Source: an uncultured Alphaproteobacteria bacterium (GTDB lineage: Bacteria; Pseudomonadota; Alphaproteobacteria; Geminicoccales; Geminicoccaceae). Taken from it: DNA of 64,000 nucleotides. The notes below the pieces were generated by a model, which made no database searches, was not told where the DNA came from, and saw nothing but the letters and a program-made list of their open reading frames with translations. The stretch lies in NCBI GenBank assembly GCA_963700945.1, contig CAVOZQ010000040.1, positions 239,112 through 303,111 on the forward strand, given 5' to 3'. A program made the translations under genes and the position numbers. Positions 1 through 8,997 of this stretch are shown here, in pieces. Each line of letters starts with the position of its first letter. The first letter of the stretch is position 1.

Positions 1-281
1 AGGCCGAATCCTTTTAATTTCCGCATTCCAAATTCCAGATCCCCATTCCCAATACTCCTTCCCTTTGCACTTTGCTCTCTGCCCCACGCTCAATGCCCCT
101 TGCCTTACATTTCCGCATTCCGCATTCCCAATTCCGACTTCAATTTATTCCGCCCTCAATCCCCTCTGCTCCATGCCCTACGCCTCATATTTCCCCATTC
201 CGAATTCCGACTTCCGACTTCAATTTATTCCAACTTCCCACTTCTTCCCTCTATCTTCTGTCCTCTGTCATCTGACTTCCA
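1..281. repeat. Degenerate pyrimidine-rich (+ strand) repeat tract built from TTCCGCATTCC / AATTCCGACTTCAATTTATTCC words, directly 3' of the alpha-2-macroglobulin ORF
   Basis: Direct reading: the same words recur several times across 20-240. G is nearly absent on the + strand. A sister tract with the same words lies at 14761-14928. Confidence 0.6.
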
Positions 282-2180
282 TCATCTGCCCACCGTCAAA
301 GACGCCGCCACCCCCTGCCCATACACATCCGGATCATACATCTCTTCGGCGCGTACCGGCATCACGACAAAATCACCCGATGCGATGGCCTGGGCCGTGT
401 AGGACAAGTGATAGTTGCCGGCCGGCAGGTAATCGGAGTAGAAGCGTGCGGCATTATGGCGCAGTTCCTGATGATAAAAGCTCCAGCGCGAAACACCATA
501 AGAGGACCAGTCGCTGTAACGAAACCACCACGAACCCTCGGCATGGTTAAACGCGCCTTTGTCGGCATCCACCGTGGAAGCCGTCGCCAGGTCCCGATTG
601 ACCGGTTCCAGGCCGCCGGGCACCGCATCATCCACCACCACAAAGTTTCTCGCCGTCGGCAGGGACAAGAAAAGATCCACCCGCACCAGATCACCGCGCT
701 GAAGCTGCATGGGGCTTTTTAAAATTTCCCATAGCCCGTTGTGCTCCCGGCTGTATTCGCGATGAATTTCGATGCCGGCATTGATGGGGTCTGTTCTCAT
801 GGCTTGAGGCGCATACGAAAGCCGGGTGCTGTAATACAGGCGGCCTTGTCCTGCCCGTTCCAGTTTAAGGGTTGCCGTGCGGCCCGGATCATCGGCGCCG
901 ATCGGTTTTTGAAAGATCACCGGATCATCCCGCAAATCTGAAAATTTGGCCCGACCCATCTCTTCCGTTTCAAAAAATACGCGCAGCGTCATATCGGGCG
1001 ATTCACTTTCATACCCGCGACTGTAATCAATCAGGGCGTTCATGCAAAACATGTTTTCCTGGGTGTTTTCCCAGTGATCGCGATTCTTGCGGCTCTGGGT
1101 GATGAAGCGCACGAGTTTGAAGGGAATATCACCGACGAGTTGTTTCCCCTGGGCGGTGAGACCATACGCCGTCAAGGCACTTAAAACAGCCCCGTTGGTC
1201 CGCAGAGCGGACGAGAGGATCCGCGAGTAGCTGTCATCAATCACTTCACTGAAAACAATTTTACCGCCCGATTCGCCGGCGTGGGCCAGTATCCGGTTGC
1301 AAACGTCGGTGCGGATGGATTCCGAGTCCTTGACGCCCAGAGCCGCCAGCAAAAAATGGGCCTTGCCGAAAAGACTCATTTGCGGCACATGGGGCTGGTA
1401 ACGCTGCAGATCGGATAGGTTTATTTTTCCGTGATCAACCAGCGCCGCCAGCGCCACGGCCCGCACGGTGGAGGCCATTCCCTTGGTATAGAAATCCGGC
1501 ATCACGTCGCGGCGCAGCATGGTGAGAAGATATTCGTGCAGCTTTTCCTCAACCGCCGCAGGTACTTCATAGCCGCTTTTGCGCAGCCAGTTGAACGCCA
1601 GTGCCGTGTAAGCACTCAGATAAGGGCTGGCATAACGATCCTGCGCGATGAAATACGTCATTGCGCCATTGGGTGCCTGGTATTCCGCAGCCCTCTCCAG
1701 CATGGATCGTGGCAGGTGCTCGCTGTCCGGCCAGGTAAAATCTTCGGCCAGATACGCTTTAAGGTTGTTGTAATGGGACGCCATCACCCCCCTGGTGAGG
1801 ACCTGCTCCCAGCAACTATAGCTATAATCGCGCAGGTACCTGAAAGCGCCTTCGAGGTTGCCGATCACGGACGGCGACAGCATCAGACTGACTTGCCCGA
1901 CATCCGTGCGAATGTCTTGCGGGAAAAGGATTCGTTCGATGACCGTCGGCGCCACCGTCGATCCATAAGTGGCCGCGGTTTCCAGACGATAGCGCTTTTG
2001 GACGACGATGGTGTGAACCATGCCGTCCTGATCCAGCGCGTCACCACCGCGAGCCGTCAATGTTATGAGACCGTCTTCCGTGGTTTTCAAGGGCAGCCAA
2101 GCCGTGGCGCGCTTATAAGGCTCAATCTCCAGGGTTTGGGTTACCTCCCGGGTCTTTTGCCCGTCAGCGGTTGCAATCAC
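282..2180 (-). CDS. alpha-2-macroglobulin family protein, C-terminal portion (thioester region); frame-broken continuation of 2164..6156
   Basis: 632-aa ORF with the CxEQ thioester motif CWEQ at 1803-1814. It is colinear with the upstream ORF (..TVTLSAQG / VIATADGQKT..) but in another frame. Confidence 0.85.
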   Translation of the reverse strand: MIATADGQKTREVTQTLEIEPYKRATAWLPLKTTEDGLITLTARGGDALDQDGMVHTIVVQKRYRLETAATYGSTVAPTVIERILFPQDIRTDVGQVSLMLSPSVIGNLEGAFRYLRDYSYSCWEQVLTRGVMASHYNNLKAYLAEDFTWPDSEHLPRSMLERAAEYQAPNGAMTYFIAQDRYASPYLSAYTALAFNWLRKSGYEVPAAVEEKLHEYLLTMLRRDVMPDFYTKGMASTVRAVALAALVDHGKINLSDLQRYQPHVPQMSLFGKAHFLLAALGVKDSESIRTDVCNRILAHAGESGGKIVFSEVIDDSYSRILSSALRTNGAVLSALTAYGLTAQGKQLVGDIPFKLVRFITQSRKNRDHWENTQENMFCMNALIDYSRGYESESPDMTLRVFFETEEMGRAKFSDLRDDPVIFQKPIGADDPGRTATLKLERAGQGRLYYSTRLSYAPQAMRTDPINAGIEIHREYSREHNGLWEILKSPMQLQRGDLVRVDLFLSLPTARNFVVVDDAVPGGLEPVNRDLATASTVDADKGAFNHAEGSWWFRYSDWSSYGVSRWSFYHQELRHNAARFYSDYLPAGNYHLSYTAQAIASGDFVVMPVRAEEMYDPDVYGQGVAASLTVGR

Positions 2181-5100
2181 GCCCTTGCGCCGATAGGGTC
2201 ACGGTCAGCTGACGCTTTTGGGGAGTGCGATTCATGATATTGAAGCCGGCGTCAAAACTGTCGCCTTCGGTCACCTGGTTGGGCATCACCGGTCGAATCT
2301 CGGTGGCTCGATTGACTTTAAAATGGCCCTCTCCCAGCCCCATGCGGTCACCGGGCGTCACCGCCATGGCCAGCACCCGCCAGCCGGTCAAATTGTCCGG
2401 CACTTCAAACTCGATGGTCGCCCGGCCCGCTGTATCCGTAATAATCGAAGGATTCCAATACCCAACAAACTTAAACACCGACCGCAGGCTGATATCCAGG
2501 CCGCCGCCCCCGCCGGTGTTGGCCCCTTTTTTCTCAAATTTCTGCCGCCCCACCAGCCGCATGAGCAAACTGTAGTTTTCCAGATCGAGTCCGTCGACCG
2601 TGTAGAATCCCTTGTAGGGATCGAAATAATCCCGGCCCTGTTCCAGCAAATCAAACACCGCTTCATCCAGCACGGCCACAGCCAGTTCAATCGGTTCACC
2701 ATCGGCGGGATGGCGGGGTGCCGCCTTCATTTGTACTTTCACCCGATCCCGGGGCTTATAGGTATCCCGCAGGGGCTCCACCTGTACCACGATCTCTTTA
2801 TGGGGATCTGTGACCGGCACTTTGACATAGCCCATGCGAAAGGCAGGCTTTCCCAGATCTACCTGGTTGTCGGCTGGTGCTGATTCAACCCGCGGGGAGG
2901 TAACGACCACCGATAGAAAAAATCCCGGCAGATAATCTTTCTGAATTTCAAATTCGATGATGGGGGTGGCGCTTGTCAATGTTTGCAGCCAGCTTTGCAG
3001 GACGCCGTAGCGTTCGACGGTAATCAGGGCCCGGGCGCCGGGGAAAGGGTTTTTGACCAGATAGCGGGCCCTGTCACCGACGCCATACTGCGATTTTTCC
3101 GCAATGATTTCAAGGCTGTTGTCCGGTCGCTCCTGCCACACGACCCGTCCCTTGCCGACAACCCATTGATAGATTTCACTGCTGTGGGGCCGGTTGCGGG
3201 TGTCTTGAATCGTGGCCGTAATCCGGTGGGATCCGGGGTCCTGAGGTGTAAACGCACATTGAACCGGCGCCAAGGTGGATTGCAGGTCGCATTGAGCGAC
3301 CTCGACCCATTGATGTGTGTAGTGGGTCAGGTAGGCATTGCCGGCGCCTTTGACCCGGGCGGCCCTGGTTTCCCGGCGTTCAACTTTAACCTGGATGGGC
3401 ACACCTTCCCGGGGGTTGCCCCCGGCGTCCACCACCAGCAGATCAACCGCGGCCGGCTCATCTTCATTCATCACCCAGTCCGTGGAGCGCAGGCCCACAT
3501 ACCGGTCTCGGCCGGCATAGTCTGCCGTGGCCCGGCCCGCGATATACTTTCCGCGATCATCTCTGACCGCGCTTTCAACAACCAGTCGGCCATATAAGAT
3601 GTTACTTTCGGCAAGGGTGAATCGGGTCGTCAGATTGCCCCGGTTGTCAAGAGCATTTTCAATTTGATGAACGGTTTGTTTGGCAGGGGCTCCGGGAACA
3701 TACGTGTTGAATTGAAATCCTCGGGCAGACGGGTCTTCCGAACGAAATGGGCGCGCTTCCAGCGTCGTGGTCACCCGGCTGCCGGCATCGGTATAAGGGC
3801 CGCCGGAATGCAGTCTGGCCCGGGTGGCTGCCTCAATGCTGTCTCCCGGCTGAAAAATGCGGCCGTTAAGGTCCGTGGTCACTTTAAAAGGCGCCGGGGT
3901 AAAATCACTGACCAGCACCCGCAAGGGCTCCCAGCTGTCCTCGGAAAAGGCGGCCTTTAACTGAAAGCGATACCAGCCCACGGCGCCGCTTCGGGATATG
4001 GTAAATTCCCCGTCATGGGCACCAAAATCCGATAGGGATAGTTCGGAAACCGTATGAACTATTTTACCGGTAGGATCGACAACTTCAAGGGTATAGCCCT
4101 CCCCGGGGGCCGGCACAAATGTCTCATTGTTCTGGTCTCGAACATACAGCTTGTATTGAATCGTATCACCGGCCTTATACACACCCTGGGCCGTGGTACC
4201 CCAGGTGTGAATGTGGCCGTAGCGCCGGCGCAGAGAGGGAAATACCGAATAGCGCGAGGCCCGGTAAGTATCGACTCGAAACTGCTGATCCAGCGGCACC
4301 AGGGCCAGATCACCGGCCTTCTCGATTTTCACGAACAGTCGCGGCTCAGCCATGTCATAGGCCTGGATGAACTTTAAAGCGGGGTCGATTTCCCGGATGC
4401 CGGCCAGCATGGCAACACCGGCGCTGTCCGTCTCCGCCCGGGTCAGGATCTCAGGCAGCTCCGGCAAAGCCGGGTAGGTATCGCGGTATATTTTTACCGT
4501 GGCATCCACCACGGGCAGTCCCGATGTAAACTCGGTCACCCATACCAGGGTGTTAAAATGCCCGATCTTTACATGCACCTGAAAGGGCGTTACCTGGGCA
4601 AAAAACCAGCGCTCCCGGAAATGCTTTGCGACCGGCGGCCTTGAACTCACCTGACCCTGGACCACGCCGGATCGCCCTTGGAGCAGGTCGCGAACCTGCA
4701 GCGGCATGCGGAAAGCGATATCTTCCGCCGACGGAATTTGAAGCTCATGTGTTTGGCCGGTTTGCTTTCCGTGGGCCGTCAGACGATCATAAGCCACCGT
4801 TACCCTTTCAAGATTGGTCACCACCAGGGGCATCTCCGTGTCTGCATCCTTTTCCAGCACCGCCTGGGGATGGGTCAGGGTAAAATCCGGCGGCCGGTGA
4901 TCGGTGGCAAATTGAAAATCGATGGGGATCGTCAGAGTCCGTCCAAATTCATCCTTAAATTTATCGGTATCGCTCTGGAGGGAATAAACCTGATGGGCCT
5001 GCAACACTTCAGGCAGCCGGATGAGATACTTGCGCCCCTGTTTGTGGGGGGAACCCAGCCTGGAGTAACCCCGGCGATTGGCCCAGGGATCATAGTCCGT

Positions 5101-6156
5101 CCTCGTTCCGGCCAGGTCGGGCGTGATCTTCACATGGTTTTTAACCGCTTCATCGATAACAGGGGCCGTGAAAACCAGTGCCACCGGGCGCAATGGATTA
5201 CAGCGCGCCTCTTGTTCGACCCCCGCTTCGGCGGATCTCAATGCTATTCTTTGGTTGCGATTGTCGACGCATTCAATGCCATCAAAGGCAAATTCAGGAA
5301 AACTATCAAACGCCACCAGGACACGGTTTTCAACGCCCCGTTCAGGACCGCTGAACGACACCAGACCCGGCTCCACTTTCAACGCCACTTTGGTGTCGGG
5401 GGCAAGTTCAACCACCGGAGATATCAGCCAGATCCGCCGTGCAGCGGTCTCCTGGTTCGCCGGTGATTTCGCATGTTCAATTCCGGATTTATCAGCCGAT
5501 GGTTCGGCACCCGGCACCAGAGTTATCTTTTCACCCGGCAAGGGGAGAATGAAAGGTGTCTGCTTGTCATCAGGATCCGGTTCCACATGCAGCCCAATCC
5601 GCTGCTCGTTTGGGCCATCCACCATTATAAAAACGTGCTTTTCCACGGATTCTCTGGAAACCGGTTGATTAAAGGTCAGACGAATAAAAGGCATACCGGG
5701 GGCTTTCCAGGTTTTAAACCAGGCATGCCGCACCTTGGGACGTTCGGTAATAAAGCTGTGTCTCATCGATTTGGCAAACAAGACACCGTCTTCGGCCTGG
5801 ATGCCGGGGTTTACAACAATATTATAACGGGTAGCGAACTTTAAAGCAGCAGTTTCATCTAGCTGGCAGGCCAGAACACGGGTATTGAGCCAGCGCCAGC
5901 GGCAGTCTGTTTCAGGTGAAATAGTGATGGGAACTTCAGCTGCATCGCGTTCCATGCGCCCCACCGGCACCACCGCCCGATTGAACTCAAAAACAATTTG
6001 TCGTCCAGGCGGCACATCCGTACCGGCAGGGGTGATGCGCACGACATTCAGCCCGGGGAGCCCGGCGTCGGAGTTTACGGCATCCGGCAGTACAAAATTG
6101 AATAAGATCAACAGCGGGGTTAGATAGGCAACGGGCAGCAAACACAGACGACGCAT
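2164..6156 (-). CDS. alpha-2-macroglobulin family protein, N-terminal portion with signal peptide
   Basis: 1330-aa ORF with a hydrophobic N-terminus (MRRLCLLPVAYLTPLLILFNFVLP). AGGAGG lies 7 nt upstream of the ATG. The combined length with 282..2180 (~1960 aa) fits bacterial A2M. Confidence 0.85.
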   Translation of the reverse strand: MRRLCLLPVAYLTPLLILFNFVLPDAVNSDAGLPGLNVVRITPAGTDVPPGRQIVFEFNRAVVPVGRMERDAAEVPITISPETDCRWRWLNTRVLACQLDETAALKFATRYNIVVNPGIQAEDGVLFAKSMRHSFITERPKVRHAWFKTWKAPGMPFIRLTFNQPVSRESVEKHVFIMVDGPNEQRIGLHVEPDPDDKQTPFILPLPGEKITLVPGAEPSADKSGIEHAKSPANQETAARRIWLISPVVELAPDTKVALKVEPGLVSFSGPERGVENRVLVAFDSFPEFAFDGIECVDNRNQRIALRSAEAGVEQEARCNPLRPVALVFTAPVIDEAVKNHVKITPDLAGTRTDYDPWANRRGYSRLGSPHKQGRKYLIRLPEVLQAHQVYSLQSDTDKFKDEFGRTLTIPIDFQFATDHRPPDFTLTHPQAVLEKDADTEMPLVVTNLERVTVAYDRLTAHGKQTGQTHELQIPSAEDIAFRMPLQVRDLLQGRSGVVQGQVSSRPPVAKHFRERWFFAQVTPFQVHVKIGHFNTLVWVTEFTSGLPVVDATVKIYRDTYPALPELPEILTRAETDSAGVAMLAGIREIDPALKFIQAYDMAEPRLFVKIEKAGDLALVPLDQQFRVDTYRASRYSVFPSLRRRYGHIHTWGTTAQGVYKAGDTIQYKLYVRDQNNETFVPAPGEGYTLEVVDPTGKIVHTVSELSLSDFGAHDGEFTISRSGAVGWYRFQLKAAFSEDSWEPLRVLVSDFTPAPFKVTTDLNGRIFQPGDSIEAATRARLHSGGPYTDAGSRVTTTLEARPFRSEDPSARGFQFNTYVPGAPAKQTVHQIENALDNRGNLTTRFTLAESNILYGRLVVESAVRDDRGKYIAGRATADYAGRDRYVGLRSTDWVMNEDEPAAVDLLVVDAGGNPREGVPIQVKVERRETRAARVKGAGNAYLTHYTHQWVEVAQCDLQSTLAPVQCAFTPQDPGSHRITATIQDTRNRPHSSEIYQWVVGKGRVVWQERPDNSLEIIAEKSQYGVGDRARYLVKNPFPGARALITVERYGVLQSWLQTLTSATPIIEFEIQKDYLPGFFLSVVVTSPRVESAPADNQVDLGKPAFRMGYVKVPVTDPHKEIVVQVEPLRDTYKPRDRVKVQMKAAPRHPADGEPIELAVAVLDEAVFDLLEQGRDYFDPYKGFYTVDGLDLENYSLLMRLVGRQKFEKKGANTGGGGGLDISLRSVFKFVGYWNPSIITDTAGRATIEFEVPDNLTGWRVLAMAVTPGDRMGLGEGHFKVNRATEIRPVMPNQVTEGDSFDAGFNIMNRTPQKRQLTVTLSAQGRDCNR

Positions 6157-6184
6157 TGTTTTTCCTCCTGAGTATCTTTCCTTT

Positions 6185-6214
6185 TTTTGTGTCTTAGTGT
6201 CTTAGTGGCTGAAC
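6185..6214. repeat. REP-like unit TTTTTGTGTCTTAGTGTCTTAGTGGCTGAAC in the 5' leader of the A2M gene
   Basis: Same word family (GCCACTAAG..CAC..AAGGCAC + A-run) seen at 9902-9973, 53396-53467 and 55168-55199. Confidence 0.6.
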
Positions 6215-6379
6215 TTTTATGGTAAATTTAGGTCGGACGACGATTTGTAATGGCCCCCAATTGTACTAAAATTTGCTGTTACTGCAATCAAAAATTTGGG
6301 TGTATTTTGCTGGACAGCAATCTTATTTTGACATCTTTCCAATTCTTTTATATGAAAAGCTGAATACAAAGGGGAATTT

Positions 6380-6691
6380 ATGTTGTTAGCCCGAATCAGG
6401 AAAAAATTTCAGGAAATTTCAACACTGGTGAAATTTAGAAATAAAAAGCGGTTTTCGACCTACCTGGTAACAACCTTTGTCGCGCTTACCACCCTGTCGG
6501 TCTTCGTCATCCTGATCGCGTTATACGGATATTTCGGGAAACGCGTCGAGTCTGAATTTCGCAAAAAGATTCTGGCGGAAAAAGGTCAGGTCGAAATCAT
6601 TCTAAACAACCGCATCTCCAGTATCAGCGAGTATGTTAAAAGACCTGGGATCCGACAACATTATCCGGGTAACGGTGATGCTCGACGGTAA
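6380..6691 (+). CDS. hybrid sensor histidine kinase, piece 1 of 4 (N-terminal transmembrane segment); frame break near 6630
   Basis: TM helix TYLVTTFVALTTLSVFVILIALYGYF. The sense continues in ORF 6633..7796 (..NNRISSISE / MLKDLGSDNII..). Confidence 0.6.
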   Translation: MLLARIRKKFQEISTLVKFRNKKRFSTYLVTTFVALTTLSVFVILIALYGYFGKRVESEFRKKILAEKGQVEIILNNRISSISEYVKRPGIRQHYPGNGDARR

Positions 6692-7796
6692 ATCCCAGCT
6701 GCAGGAACGGGTCTCCGAGTTCTATCCATCACGGGAAGGTGTTTACTTTTTTGTTAAGAAACAAGGTGACAAATCAGTTATTCCGGAGACCTACCCCCAA
6801 TTATCCACAAACCTGATGGATCTCGTTCAGAAAAGATATCCGTACGGGGAAATTTTGGAAGACGCGGGCAAAAACCACCTGGTGTGGTGGCTTTCAACTC
6901 CCATTATGCACCAAACCCAGCTCATGGGAACCGCCCATGCCCTTTATGATATGACCCAGGATTTAAAACTGATTAATTCCGTTCTTCAAACGGTAAGCGG
7001 CGATGTTTCCATAGCAAAATCCGATAAACTCTACAGCCTGACCTCTGAGAAGACGTTACAGTTAAATGACGATATCCGTAAAAGCATTGCCATGAACCTG
7101 GAACTGGTTCCGCTGGGCGAAAAATTAATATTATCTAAAATTTACGGATTTGATAACCTGTATTTCCAATCATCACTGGAAGCCCTGGTCGCTGAAAAGC
7201 GAAAAGTCACCTTATGGATTGGATTGCTCTCGATTGTCATTCTGGCGGTGTCTGCTCTGATATCCATCTATCTTGGCAAGAAAATGGTGGAACCGCTGCG
7301 CCAGATGACGCAAAAGGCAATTCAAATCTCCGAAGGCGAAAAAGATCTATTGTTTGAAGACAAAATCAGCAATTACTGGGAATTCAATCAATTGTCTCAG
7401 GCCTTCAATTACATGCTGGCCAATTTGAAGGATGCCGAAGAGCAATCCCGATATAAGGAACTGCTGGAGAACGTCGATGATGCGGTGTACATCCTCGACC
7501 TAAAAGGTAATGTACTGGAAGCCAATGAAGCGGCCTATTCCTGGTTGGGATACACTCCGAAGCAGTTTTTCGAGTTAAATATAGCCGACATCATACCCCG
7601 CGAAGATGCATGCTCGATCATCGACCAACTTGGCAAAGGCATTCAAGACGGCAGACCCCAAAAAATCATCGTCGAAACCTCCCATACAAAAACAGACGGG
7701 CAGCTTATACCGGTGGAAATCCACTCCCGGGCAATTTCCTACAGAGGCCGCAATGTGATACTCAATGCTGGTCAGAGACATCACGTTACGAATTGA
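6633..7796 (+). CDS. hybrid sensor histidine kinase, piece 2 of 4 (extracytoplasmic sensor region, second TM, HAMP-like linker, PAS domain); frame break near 7765
   Basis: TM helix LWIGLLSIVILAVSALISIYL followed by a HAMP-like P-L-R-Q-M segment. PAS-like segment: LLENVDDAVYILDLKGNVLEANEAAYSWLGY. Confidence 0.75.
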   Translation: MLKDLGSDNIIRVTVMLDGKSQLQERVSEFYPSREGVYFFVKKQGDKSVIPETYPQLSTNLMDLVQKRYPYGEILEDAGKNHLVWWLSTPIMHQTQLMGTAHALYDMTQDLKLINSVLQTVSGDVSIAKSDKLYSLTSEKTLQLNDDIRKSIAMNLELVPLGEKLILSKIYGFDNLYFQSSLEALVAEKRKVTLWIGLLSIVILAVSALISIYLGKKMVEPLRQMTQKAIQISEGEKDLLFEDKISNYWEFNQLSQAFNYMLANLKDAEEQSRYKELLENVDDAVYILDLKGNVLEANEAAYSWLGYTPKQFFELNIADIIPREDACSIIDQLGKGIQDGRPQKIIVETSHTKTDGQLIPVEIHSRAISYRGRNVILNAGQRHHVTN

Positions 7797-8379
7797 AGCC
7801 GAAAAGGAGAAAAAACTTCTGCAAAGCCAGTTGCTCCATTCCCAGAAAATGGAAGCCATCGGTACCCTGGCCGGCGGCATTGCCCATGACTTTAATAATC
7901 TTCTGATGGGAATCCAGGGATATATTTCTCTGATGCGGCTGCAAACAAACCCGGATGATCCCAATGGTGAATACATCCAGGGTATTGAAAATGCGGTCAG
8001 GAACGCCGCCAACCTCACCAATCAGCTGCTTGGTTTTGCCAGAAAAGGAAAATATGCGCTAAAACAAACCTGTCTCAATGACCTGGTAATAAATAGCACC
8101 AAAATGTTCACCCGCACCAGAAAGGAAATTGTGACCCACAAACAGCTCCAGGACAACATCTGGAGCGTCAGGGTCGATCCGGGGCAAATCGAACAGGTAC
8201 TGATAAACCTATACCTGAATGCCTGGCACGCCATGCCGCACGGCGGCGATCTCTGCATACAGACGGAAAATGTCTATTTGAGTGATCATTACTGCAAACC
8301 ATTTGAAGTGCCTGGCGGAAATTATGTAAAAGTTTCCGTGACGGATACCGGGGTCGGAATCGATGAGGAGATACATTGA
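7765..8379 (+). CDS. hybrid sensor histidine kinase, piece 3 of 4 (HisKA H-box and first half of HATPase_c); frame break near 8375
   Basis: H-box GGIAHDFNNLL; N-box LINLYLNAWHAM; D-box VSVTDTGVGID. Confidence 0.85.
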   Translation: MLVRDITLRIEAEKEKKLLQSQLLHSQKMEAIGTLAGGIAHDFNNLLMGIQGYISLMRLQTNPDDPNGEYIQGIENAVRNAANLTNQLLGFARKGKYALKQTCLNDLVINSTKMFTRTRKEIVTHKQLQDNIWSVRVDPGQIEQVLINLYLNAWHAMPHGGDLCIQTENVYLSDHYCKPFEVPGGNYVKVSVTDTGVGIDEEIH

Positions 8380-8995
8380 AAGAATTTTTGAACCGTTTTT
8401 TACCACCAAAGACGTCGGCAAAGGCACCGGTCTCGGTCTGGCCTCTGCCTACGGCATCATAAAAAATCACAACGGTATTATCCGGGTTTACAGTGAAAAA
8501 GACCACGGAACCACTTTCAATATCTACCTGCCCTCATCGGATCTCGAAGAGCCGGTTGATGCCGAGGTAAACAGCGAGTTATTGAAAGGAAAAGAAACAA
8601 TCCTTCTGGTAGATGATGAAGAAGGCACGATACTGGTTGAAAAATTAATGCTCGAGGAGCTCGGATATACGGTAGTTCCCGCGCGCAGCGGCAGACAAGC
8701 CATCGAGCTGTACAACGAAAACAAGGCGGGGTTTGATCTGGTTGCGTTGGATATGATTATGCCTGAAATGAACGGCAAAGACACCTATGATGAATTGAAA
8801 AAGATAAATCCGAAGGTCAAGGTTCTTCTGGTGAGCGGCTACAGCTTGAACAAACAAATTGAAGAATTAATGGACCTGGGTTGTAAGGGATATATTCAAA
8901 AACCTTTTGACATCGTTCAGCTGTCACAAAAGATCAGGGAAGTGCTGGACACTTCCATAAAAATGCACGAAGTGTCTCAAATGAAAAATACCTAA
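8363..8995 (+). CDS. hybrid sensor histidine kinase, piece 4 of 4 (HATPase_c G-boxes plus C-terminal receiver domain)
   Basis: IFEPFFTTK..GKGTGLGLASAYGII, then REC signature LLVDDEEG..DLVALDMIMPEMNG..KVLLVSGY. Confidence 0.85.
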   Translation: MRRYIERIFEPFFTTKDVGKGTGLGLASAYGIIKNHNGIIRVYSEKDHGTTFNIYLPSSDLEEPVDAEVNSELLKGKETILLVDDEEGTILVEKLMLEELGYTVVPARSGRQAIELYNENKAGFDLVALDMIMPEMNGKDTYDELKKINPKVKVLLVSGYSLNKQIEELMDLGCKGYIQKPFDIVQLSQKIREVLDTSIKMHEVSQMKNT

Positions 8996-8997
8996 AT

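Noticed and set aside
65-550. ORFs 65..550, 72..275 and 100..402 at the window start
   Set aside because: They are read through the pyrimidine-rich repeat tract (Pro/Ser/Phe-rich nonsense) and overlap the A2M 3' end.
408-6127. Numerous + strand ORFs (e.g. 1431..2237, 2218..2883, 2983..3597, 4678..5466, 5123..5668) inside the A2M locus
   Set aside because: They are antisense to a long, motif-bearing A2M reading frame, and their translations are low-complexity with no recognisable domains.
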